64,000 bases of DNA from Syntrophomonadaceae bacterium (GTDB taxonomy: Bacteria; Bacillota; DSM-12270; Thermacetogeniales; Thermacetogeniaceae), in NCBI GenBank assembly GCA_012516535.1, contig JAAYWP010000013.1:29341-93340 (forward strand), in the 5' to 3' direction. How positions within the stretch are numbered: the stretch's first letter is position 1; every line of letters starts with the position of its first letter. Shown in pieces: positions 9,377-16,738 of this stretch. The position numbers and the translations under genes were made by a program. The notes below the pieces were generated by a model. The model did no database searches, was not told the origin of the DNA, and saw only the letters and a list, made by a program, of their open reading frames with translations.

Positions 9377-10813
9377 CTATTTCCATAAACTCGGTGAAAA
9401 AATAATAAAAACTGTGTAAATTTCCAAACGCCCTAACAGCATCAAAAAGCTGAGAAAAAATTTCCCCTGGTCTGCCAGCTCCGCATAGGTGATTGCAGAC
9501 CCTGCTGCTCCGGGACCTGTCCCCACATTGGTGAGGGAAGCAGCAACAGAGGTAAACGCACTGGTCAAATCCAACCCCATAGCTGTCATAATTATACCTG
9601 ATATTACAAAGATGACAACATATAAAAAGAAGAACTGCTGAATATTATTAACCAGTTCCACAGAAATAGCTTTCCCTTCTATTTTAGGAGAAATAACCGC
9701 TCTGGGGTGAATTAACTTTCTGATTTCTACGATCCCCTCCTTCAGTAAAACCAAAATCCTCCGTATTTTGATAGAACCGCTTGTGGACCCAGAGCACCCC
9801 CCGATAAACATCAAAGCGATTAAAATCGCCTGGGCCATAGAGGGCCATGCATTTATATCAGTGGTAGTATAACCGGTGGTATTCATAATGGAAACAACCT
9901 GAAAGAGAGAGGTCCTGATCAGCTCTTCCCCACCGCTGAACAGCTGGTGTGTACTAATAGCAATAATAACAGTTGCCACCAAAACAATTGCTGTATATAA
10001 ACGAAACTCCTCATTCCGCCAAAAGGTCCTTAAGCTCCGGCCGCGCAGAGCCTGGTAATAGAGTGCAAAATTAACACCGGACAAAAACATAAATAAAATG
10101 ATTACCCATTGGATGGCTTCTATAGGATAAGCACCGATGCTCCCATTCTTTATGGTAACTCCACCTGTGGCTACAGTACCAAAGGAATGACAAAGAGCAT
10201 CGAATAAAGGCATCCCCAACAACCATAATAGGCCTGTTTCCAAAAGGGTTAAAACCAAATAGGTGATCCAAAGGACCTGTGCTGTCTCACTGATCCTGGG
10301 TAATATTTTGGTGGCGATCCCGGGGATCTCTGCCCGAAAGATACGGTTGGCTCCCACTCCCAACTGGGACAGGAGGGCGACCATAAACACAATAATACCC
10401 ATTCCCCCTAACCAGAGGGTCAGGCTTCGCCAGAAGAGAATACCCCTGGGCAGTATTTCCACATCAGTAAAGATAGTCGCCCCTGTGGTGGTAAACCCTG
10501 AAACCGATTCAAAAAAAGCATCAGAGAAGCTGGTGCATACACCAGATAAAAGAAAAGGCAATGACCCAAAAAGAGAAACAAGGAGCCAGCCCACAGTAAC
10601 TATCACAAAACTTTCCCTATAGCGTATCTCCCCCTTTTCCGGCACTAACCACATGATCAGCAAACCACAAGAAATTGTGATTACAATTGAAATAATAAAA
10701 GCCAGCCTGTCAGGCCCCTGGTCGTAAAGAGCCCACAGCAGCGGCAAAATCATAAACAGCCCGAGAAAAATTAGGGCTTTCCCCATTAAATTGATGATCA
10801 AGCGGATATTCAT
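9377..10813 (-). CDS. trkH: Trk-type potassium uptake membrane subunit
   Basis: 478-aa polytopic protein with repeated TTTG/NTTG pore-loop-like motifs (GFTTTGAT, NTTGYTT). 4-nt overlap with trkA. Confidence 0.9.
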   Translation of the reverse strand: MNIRLIINLMGKALIFLGLFMILPLLWALYDQGPDRLAFIISIVITISCGLLIMWLVPEKGEIRYRESFVIVTVGWLLVSLFGSLPFLLSGVCTSFSDAFFESVSGFTTTGATIFTDVEILPRGILFWRSLTLWLGGMGIIVFMVALLSQLGVGANRIFRAEIPGIATKILPRISETAQVLWITYLVLTLLETGLLWLLGMPLFDALCHSFGTVATGGVTIKNGSIGAYPIEAIQWVIILFMFLSGVNFALYYQALRGRSLRTFWRNEEFRLYTAIVLVATVIIAISTHQLFSGGEELIRTSLFQVVSIMNTTGYTTTDINAWPSMAQAILIALMFIGGCSGSTSGSIKIRRILVLLKEGIVEIRKLIHPRAVISPKIEGKAISVELVNNIQQFFFLYVVIFVISGIIMTAMGLDLTSAFTSVAASLTNVGTGPGAAGSAITYAELADQGKFFLSFLMLLGRLEIYTVFIIFSPSLWK

Positions 10814-12177
10814 CTCTTGATAATCCTCCGGGGCTCAAAAAAAGCACCGAGCCTAGGAATATTCTCCGGAACAGTAAACAGAGTCAGCCGGTCCCCTGCC
10901 TTAATGAGATCATTTCCACCGGGAATGATCACCTTTTTACCCCGCATAATCGCGCCCACCAGTGTCCCTTTAGGCAGTTTAATATTTTTCAGCACTTTGT
11001 TCACGATCGGCACATCCTCAGTGATATCCAATTCGATCATCTCTGCATCAGTATCCCCCAGCAGAGTAACAGATGAAACATGCCCCTGCCTGATAAAGCG
11101 TAAAATTGAGCCTGCTGTAAACATCCTAGGGCTGATCACCTTATCTATATTTACATGGTCGATCAATGGTATCAGGTCAGAGCGGCGGATCTGCACAAAA
11201 GTTTTCTTGGCTCCCAGTTCTTTGGCAATGAGGCAAACCAGCAAATTCAATTTATCATCATCGGTCACCGCCACAAAGGCATCAGCCAGGCCGATATTCT
11301 CCTCCATTAAGAGATCAATATCTGTTCCATCTCCATTGATCACCAGGGTTTTTTCCAAACGGCTGTCGATCTCCTGGCATTTTTTCTTATCCTTTTCAAT
11401 CACCTTGACAATATAATTATTCTTCTCTAGTTCCTGTGCCAGGTAATAGCCGATCAGATCCCCACCCAAAATAATCACATTCTCAATGATCGGCTTTCTA
11501 TCGGACAGAAATAGTTTTTCAATAGACTTCATATCCTTAGTACGAGCCATGACAAACACCAAATCACCTGGCTGAATAACATCATCACCACTAGGTATAA
11601 TCAGACAGCCATCCCGGATAATTGCAACAATTAAGAACTGCCCAGGTGAATCATACTGATGAATTTTTTGCCCTTGCATGGGAAAATTCTCTTCGATTTT
11701 TAGCTCAGCCATCTGGATCTGTCCGTCGGCAAAATACTCAATATCCCTGAACTCCGGGTTGGCCAGTAATTTAGCGATCTCCAGAGCAGTAATCCGTTCC
11801 GGATTGATGATCATATCGACCCCCAGCTTGGATAAGGAAATACAGCGGTCGATCTCCACATATTCCGGCTTTCTAATCCTGGCAATTGTTTGGGGAACAC
11901 CATACTGTTTGGCCAGAGCACAGGACACTATGTTCAGTTCATCAGCCTCGGTAACTGCTATAAACAGTTTAGCATCCCTCACCCCAGCAACCTCAAGAAC
12001 ACGATAATTGGAGCCACTGCCGAGAATGGTCTGAATATCCAGATGATCCTCAACAATCGCCAATCTTTCCTCATCTTTTTCAATGATTACCACATCATGC
12101 CCTTCTCTTGACAGCAGCTGGGCTATATTAAACCCGACTTTTCCCGCCCCAACAATTACTGCTCTCATCTTACGCAT
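10810..12177 (-). CDS. trkA: Trk potassium uptake NAD-binding subunit (double RCK)
   Basis: Two Rossmann motifs (VGAGKVG and ILGGDLIGYY), each followed by an RCK_C-like segment. 455 aa. Confidence 0.9.
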   Translation of the reverse strand: MRKMRAVIVGAGKVGFNIAQLLSREGHDVVIIEKDEERLAIVEDHLDIQTILGSGSNYRVLEVAGVRDAKLFIAVTEADELNIVSCALAKQYGVPQTIARIRKPEYVEIDRCISLSKLGVDMIINPERITALEIAKLLANPEFRDIEYFADGQIQMAELKIEENFPMQGQKIHQYDSPGQFLIVAIIRDGCLIIPSGDDVIQPGDLVFVMARTKDMKSIEKLFLSDRKPIIENVIILGGDLIGYYLAQELEKNNYIVKVIEKDKKKCQEIDSRLEKTLVINGDGTDIDLLMEENIGLADAFVAVTDDDKLNLLVCLIAKELGAKKTFVQIRRSDLIPLIDHVNIDKVISPRMFTAGSILRFIRQGHVSSVTLLGDTDAEMIELDITEDVPIVNKVLKNIKLPKGTLVGAIMRGKKVIIPGGNDLIKAGDRLTLFTVPENIPRLGAFFEPRRIIKR

Positions 12178-12240
12178 CTCCTCAGCATCTACTCATGATT
12201 AAGCACAGTTTACCATATTAATTATTCAAATGGAATTCGC

Positions 12241-12346
12241 GCGATCAGGGGGACAGGTTGGGTGATCGGCCCCGGTGAATGAGTCAAGGGGACGGTGACT
12301 TAGTGAGTCAAGGGGACTGAGTCAAGGGGACGGTGACTTTGACTCA
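12241..12346. repeat. REP cluster: one GGGGGACAGG-type unit plus three GAGTCAAGGGGAC(GGTGAC) units
   Basis: The reverse complement of 12304-12346 is identical to 47012-47054. The reverse complement of 12244-12269 is identical to 47110-47135. Confidence 0.85.
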
Positions 12347-12402
12347 TTTGATCTGGGAAGGGAGACATGATATGTCTATAAAGGGGAATAATTGTTGACG
12401 AC

Positions 12403-12430
12403 TTGAAGTCAGCAGAGCATATGTTATAAT
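12403..12430 (+). promoter_or_regulatory. sigma-A-type promoter for ssrA
   Basis: TTGAAG, 16-nt spacer, TGT-TATAAT (extended -10). It ends 17 nt before the mature tmRNA 5' end. Confidence 0.6.
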
Positions 12431-12447
12431 ATAAGCACCGAATAACT

Positions 12448-12798
12448 GGGGGCGTACTGGCTTCGACGGGGGAATAAGGAGCAAAGGAAGCGAGCCGGGG
12501 TTCCATCTGCCCGTAAAACGGTGGAAAACAAATAACTGCCAATAACGAATACGCACTGGCTGCTTAATTAAGCAGCCCGTCCGCCTGGTCTAGCCTGCGG
12601 ACCAGTAACGGGCGTCATACAGCAGGCTCACCGGCCTTCTCTTAATCCCTGGAGAGACTGTCGGGAACACCAACAGGGATAGCTGAGGGAAGCCTGCCGA
12701 TAGGCGTCCCGTAAGCGAAAACAAAATATCGGCTGCGCTCGGAGAAACCTTTGTAGCCGTTCTTCCGGACAGGGGTTCGACTCCCCTCGCCTCCACCA
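12448..12798 (+). ncRNA. ssrA: tmRNA (transfer-messenger RNA), tag ANNEYALAA
   Basis: 5' GGGGGCG pairs with 3' CGCCUCC-ACCA, including the G3.U pair of alanine identity. T-arm GGGGTTCGACTCCCC. Tag ORF GCC AAT AAC GAA TAC GCA CTG GCT GCT TAA at 12538-12567, with the stop inside the palindrome GCTGCTTAATTAAGCAGC. Confidence 0.95.
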
Positions 12799-12857
12799 GC
12801 AAAATCTTATCCGAACCTCTTCTTGCTTTCGGATTGTGTCGGAATAGTAATAGAGAT

Positions 12858-12896
12858 AGCGGACAAGGAATAATATTCTGTCCGCTGTTTTCTTTT
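12858..12896 (+). terminator. rho-independent terminator downstream of ssrA
   Basis: AGCGGACA-N13-TGTCCGCT followed by GTTTTCTTTT. Confidence 0.75.
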
Positions 12897-12990
12897 ATAT
12901 GGATTAAATTGAATACATGAAATGATTCCATTCCAACATATGTTCGCCATTAGGCATTTCGGATTGGATTGGATTCGTATTTATGTCAAT

Positions 12991-13967
12991 GAGTCAATGT
13001 GAGTCAAGGGGACACAGTGCCTTTGGCTCATTTTTTCCTTTCCATGCCAACCGGCTAATCTCTATGGTATAATAATCCAATAGGAAAGTTGCCGGGAGGA
13101 GATGATATGCCAAGGACTGCTCGCATAAAGAGCGACTCGGGCGTCTACCATGCGATGGTCAGAGGCATTAATCGCCAGGACATCTTTCAGAACAACGAAG
13201 ACAGAATAGTTTTTCTTGAAAAACTTAGCGCTGTCAAAGAGCGCAGTGAGTGTAGCATTTATGCCTACTGCCTGATGAGCAATCATGTGCATTTGCTTAT
13301 TGGAGAGGGTGTTGAGACGATCAGCCAGATAATGAAGCGGTTAGGCAGTTCTTATGCATATTGGTATAATAAAAAGTACGAGCGGATAGGGCATTTGTTT
13401 CAGGGGCGTTTTCGGAGCGAGCCAATAAACGTTGAAACCTACCTGCTAGCAGCACTGCGCTACATTCATCAAAACCCCGTCAAAGCCGGGATTGCACAAA
13501 GTTGTGAAAGCTACCCCTGGAGTAGTTATCATGATTACATCAACCCAGAAAGAACGGCAAAAAGCTTGACTGACACAGAGCTAGGTTTAAAGACCACAGG
13601 CGGACTCAGGCAATTCGCTGAGTTTCATCAAAAGCCGTGTAGCAACGATTTGCTAGATATTGATGATGTTACCAGAGCAACAGACGCCCTTGCAGAGCAA
13701 TTAATAAAACAGGTTTTAGGAGGAAGAACAACAGTTGACCTGCTGGAAATGCCAATTCCTGAGAGAAATATGCTTTTGCGGAAATTAAAGGCCTTGCCTG
13801 GGGTCAGTCACCGGCAAATTGAGCGGGTAACCGGGATAAACAGGAACATGATTCAAAGGGCTTGAGCCTTTTAATGAGTCAAAATCAATCAAGAGGGGAT
13901 GCCCTACCATGAAACATCTAAAAAGCTTGAGCCTCTCGGTGAGTCAAAGTCACCGTCCCCCTGACTC
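12991..13967 (+). mobile_element. REPtron-like unit: Y1 HUH transposase gene flanked by inversely oriented hairpin repeats
   Basis: Repeats at 12991-13030 (forward, degenerate) and at 13876-13898 plus 13941-13967 (reverse) bracket CDS 13107-13865. Confidence 0.6.
13107..13865 (+). CDS. RayT/IS200-like Y1 (HUH) transposase with C-terminal HTH-like tail
   Basis: HUH motif SNHVHLLI. Tyr motif LRYIHQNPVKAG. C-terminal GVSHRQIERVTGINRNMIQRA resembles a helix-turn-helix. ATG at 13107 follows GGGAGGAG. Confidence 0.8.
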   Translation: MPRTARIKSDSGVYHAMVRGINRQDIFQNNEDRIVFLEKLSAVKERSECSIYAYCLMSNHVHLLIGEGVETISQIMKRLGSSYAYWYNKKYERIGHLFQGRFRSEPINVETYLLAALRYIHQNPVKAGIAQSCESYPWSSYHDYINPERTAKSLTDTELGLKTTGGLRQFAEFHQKPCSNDLLDIDDVTRATDALAEQLIKQVLGGRTTVDLLEMPIPERNMLLRKLKALPGVSHRQIERVTGINRNMIQRA

Positions 13968-14011
13968 TTGATATTACAATCCTGTGCCTGGCTCTTCTTG
14001 TTTGGGGATTA

Positions 14012-14293
14012 TTGCGATTGCAGTTATGGGCTTGGTGGGGAACAGTATTCGCATTAGGTATACTTGCAATATCGACAATTGTGACATTCATTAATTCGAG
14101 CTATGCAACTATTCTTGACATTATGAAATTTCCGTCAAAAGAGATATTGTTCCTAGAAAATATACCGCTACAAGGATATCATTTTGCTATACTTGCTGGA
14201 TTGCCTCTTTTAGTAACATTGGTATTAACAATTATGTCGAAGAAACATTTTCTAAAAAATGAGTCAGGTGAGTCAAAGTCACCGTCCCCCTGA
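14012..14293 (+). CDS. doubtful small membrane ORF between two repeat units
   Basis: Hydrophobic segments are present but there is no convincing start. The C-terminus (NESGESKSPSP) is translated from the repeat. An adjacent frame upstream is also hydrophobic, suggesting a gene remnant. Confidence 0.2.
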   Translation: MRLQLWAWWGTVFALGILAISTIVTFINSSYATILDIMKFPSKEILFLENIPLQGYHFAILAGLPLLVTLVLTIMSKKHFLKNESGESKSPSP

Positions 14294-14306
14294 CTCACTG
14301 ACTCAC
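14261..14306. repeat. REP unit(s), GAGTCAAAGTCACCGTCCCCCTGACTC type
   Basis: GAGTCAGGTGAGTCAAAGTCACCGTCCCCCTGACTCACTGACTCAC. A 7-bp stem GAGTCAA/(C)TGACTC surrounds the GTCACCGTCCCC core. Confidence 0.85.
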
Positions 14307-14319
14307 GCAAGGGGTTTTT

Positions 14320-14988
14320 ATGATGCATACAAAAATACTCATCGTCGAGGATGACATTTTTTTGCAGGAAGGTCTGTGTGAATTATTGCAGCGGGAAGGG
14401 TATGCTGTCGATTGTGCAGGTACCTGCAGTGAGGCAAAAACTTGTATGGCAGAGAACGATTATAGCTTAATTATTCTGGATATCATGCTCCCTGACGGCA
14501 GCGGACTGGATCTCTGCACCCAATGGCGCAACAGCGGGAAAGGCACTCCCATCTTGTTTTTAACTGTCAAGGATGAGGAAATTCAAATTGTACAGGCACT
14601 GGATAGCGGAGGGGATGATTATGTGACAAAACCCTTCCGCCTGCAGGAATTGCTCTCCCGCATCCGTGCACTGCTCAGGAGAAATCAGCCTGCTGTCTAC
14701 GAAAAGGACGGGTTACGCGTTGACTTGCAAAAGATGAGCGTTTATTACAAAAATGAACAATTGTTTTTGACGCCGACAGAATTTCAGCTGTTATCCATTT
14801 TGATTCGCAATGCCGGGAGAGTAGTGACACGGACTTTTTTGCTGCAAACCATTTGGGATGATCAAGGACTGTATATAGACGACAACACCCTATCAGTGCA
14901 TATGAGCCGCCTGCGTGATAAGATCGGCAGCTCCCATATCAGGACTGTGCGCGGTGTCGGCTATCAATGGATCGAGGATAAACCATGA
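14320..14988 (+). CDS. OmpR-family response regulator
   Basis: Receiver domain (ILIVEDD, ILDIMLPDGSG, KP) plus winged-helix output (TPTEFQLL, VRGVGY). Confidence 0.9.
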   Translation: MMHTKILIVEDDIFLQEGLCELLQREGYAVDCAGTCSEAKTCMAENDYSLIILDIMLPDGSGLDLCTQWRNSGKGTPILFLTVKDEEIQIVQALDSGGDDYVTKPFRLQELLSRIRALLRRNQPAVYEKDGLRVDLQKMSVYYKNEQLFLTPTEFQLLSILIRNAGRVVTRTFLLQTIWDDQGLYIDDNTLSVHMSRLRDKIGSSHIRTVRGVGYQWIEDKP

Positions 14989-15962
14989 AATTTATCGCTT
15001 TACTTTCCGGGATCACAGCGGCCCTAGGGGCCTATTTGTATCTCTCCTTTTTAGGAACAACAAAATGGGTCGGGCTGGCAGTGCTTCTCACAGCTGTGGC
15101 TGCACTTGTGCTTTGTTTCTGGTTATCGTGGAAGCAAGAGAAAAAGATCTATGAATTGCATGAGCAATTGGTCAATTTTCTCCAAGGAAGGGATAAAACC
15201 CCTAAATTCAGCACAGAGGACGACAGCTTTGCACTGCTGGAAAATGATATAGTGGAACTGGAAAACAGGCTGCTGTTGGAGCAAAATAACAGACAAAAAG
15301 AGAGGCAAAAAAACGCCGAATTTATCGCCGATATTTCACACCAGCTCAAAACACCCCTTGCCGCGCTGAGGCTTTACTGTGAGATGGATAAGGGGTATGA
15401 TTCCCGCTCCCACACCCCCCAACAGCTCCTGCTGATCGAGCGCATGGAGCACTTGATCTCCTCACTGCTGCGGCTGGAAAAACTCCGAGCCAACATCTAT
15501 GAAATGAATTTTACCGAACAAAACCTTTCCCAGTTGGTCAAGCAAGTATGGGAAGAAATCCAACCACTGTACCCCGAAAATGCCTTTTCCATCACAGGCA
15601 ATGCAACCATGCGCTGTGACCCCTACTGGATGGCTGAAGGGCTGAAGAACATTCTGATCAATTCCTGCAGACATACACCCCCTGATGGCAGAATAGAGGT
15701 TTCCCTTTTGGCTACTGATAGCTCAATCACTGTAGCTGTTGAGGACAATGGCAAGGGGATACCTGAAGAGGAACTGCCCAAAATATTCCACCGTTTTTAC
15801 CGCTCTTCCTATATGCAAAAAGAAGGAGCCGGCATCGGGCTCGCCATTACCAAGACCATTGTGGAAAAGCATCATGGGATGATCTATGTGGAAAACACGG
15901 CAGAAGGCTTAAAGATCACCCTTCACTTTCCCAAGTTGGAGGGAATTCTGGCCATAGGCTAA
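14985..15962 (+). CDS. intramembrane-sensing histidine kinase (BceS-like architecture)
   Basis: Two N-terminal TM helices joined by an approximately 5-aa loop, no extracellular domain. H-box ADISHQLKTPL. N/G boxes (NILINSCRHT, DNGKGI, GAGIGL). Confidence 0.85.
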   Translation: MKFIALLSGITAALGAYLYLSFLGTTKWVGLAVLLTAVAALVLCFWLSWKQEKKIYELHEQLVNFLQGRDKTPKFSTEDDSFALLENDIVELENRLLLEQNNRQKERQKNAEFIADISHQLKTPLAALRLYCEMDKGYDSRSHTPQQLLLIERMEHLISSLLRLEKLRANIYEMNFTEQNLSQLVKQVWEEIQPLYPENAFSITGNATMRCDPYWMAEGLKNILINSCRHTPPDGRIEVSLLATDSSITVAVEDNGKGIPEEELPKIFHRFYRSSYMQKEGAGIGLAITKTIVEKHHGMIYVENTAEGLKITLHFPKLEGILAIG

Positions 15963-15963
15963 G

Positions 15964-15979
15964 CTTACGAAAACGTAAG
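15964..15979. promoter_or_regulatory. perfect palindrome CTTACG-AAAA-CGTAAG upstream of the ABC genes, candidate response-regulator box
   Basis: 6-4-6 inverted repeat centred about 40 bp upstream of a TAGAAT -10-like hexamer (16012-17) that lacks a good -35. Confidence 0.4.
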
Positions 15980-16048
15980 ATAAGGGTCAGGGAAACGAAA
16001 GATTGAGCTGCTAGAATAGACTGCAAAGGGGTAAAAAGGGGGTAAACC

Positions 16049-16735
16049 ATGCCGATTTTACAATGCTCTAACCTGACAAAAACCTATGCCAGCGGCGAGA
16101 TTGCAGTTCATGCCCTGCGTGGGATCACCGTTAGCTTTGAGCAGGGAGAATTCTGCGCAGTGAGAGGCCCCAGCGGCTCTGGCAAATCTACTCTCTTGCA
16201 TATTCTCGGCGGGCTGGAGTACCCCTCCTCGGGAAAGGTGTATTACCAGGGTGAAGATCTCTTCGCCTATAACGATAACCAGCTGTCTATTCTGCGCAGG
16301 CGCAGGTTTGGTTTTGTGTTTCAGGCATATAATCTTGTCCAGGAATTGACCGCCTATGAGAACATTTTGCTGCCTGTGATGCTGGACAAGAGAAAACCGG
16401 ATGAAAAATACATCGGCATGCTCATTGAACTCTTAGGGATCGGAGACCGGCTGCATCACCTGCCAAATGCCCTTTCCGGCGGCCAGCAGCAGCGGGTTGC
16501 CATAGCCAGGGCTCTGGCCAACAGGCCCTCCATCCTCTTCGCAGACGAACCCACAGGCAATCTCGACGGAAAGGCAGGCAAAGAGGTTCTCTCTCTGCTC
16601 AAATATGTCAGCAAAGAGATGGGTGTAACCCTCATTCTCGTCACCCATGACCTGAACATCGCCGAACAGGCTGAGCGCATCCTCACACTGGAAGATGGAA
16701 GGATCACCTATGACAGCTGTGCGCAAGGGGTGTAA
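16049..16735 (+). CDS. ABC transporter ATP-binding protein (MacB/LolD/BceA-like)
   Basis: Walker A GPSGSGKST, signature LSGGQQQRV, Walker B ILFADEPTGNLD. Confidence 0.9.
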   Translation: MPILQCSNLTKTYASGEIAVHALRGITVSFEQGEFCAVRGPSGSGKSTLLHILGGLEYPSSGKVYYQGEDLFAYNDNQLSILRRRRFGFVFQAYNLVQELTAYENILLPVMLDKRKPDEKYIGMLIELLGIGDRLHHLPNALSGGQQQRVAIARALANRPSILFADEPTGNLDGKAGKEVLSLLKYVSKEMGVTLILVTHDLNIAEQAERILTLEDGRITYDSCAQGV

Positions 16736-16738
16736 AGG

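Noticed and set aside
12300-12931. ORFs 12300-12542, 12344-12556 and 12590-12931 on the minus strand.
   Set aside because: They are translations of the repeat cluster and of the antisense strand of tmRNA. The region is fully explained by ssrA and the repeat units.
12799-12990. attL/attR-type duplication of the tmRNA 3' end marking a classical integrated island.
   Set aside because: I found only short TTCGGAT(T) recurrences, no copy of the tmRNA acceptor/T-arm sequence downstream, and no integrase gene.
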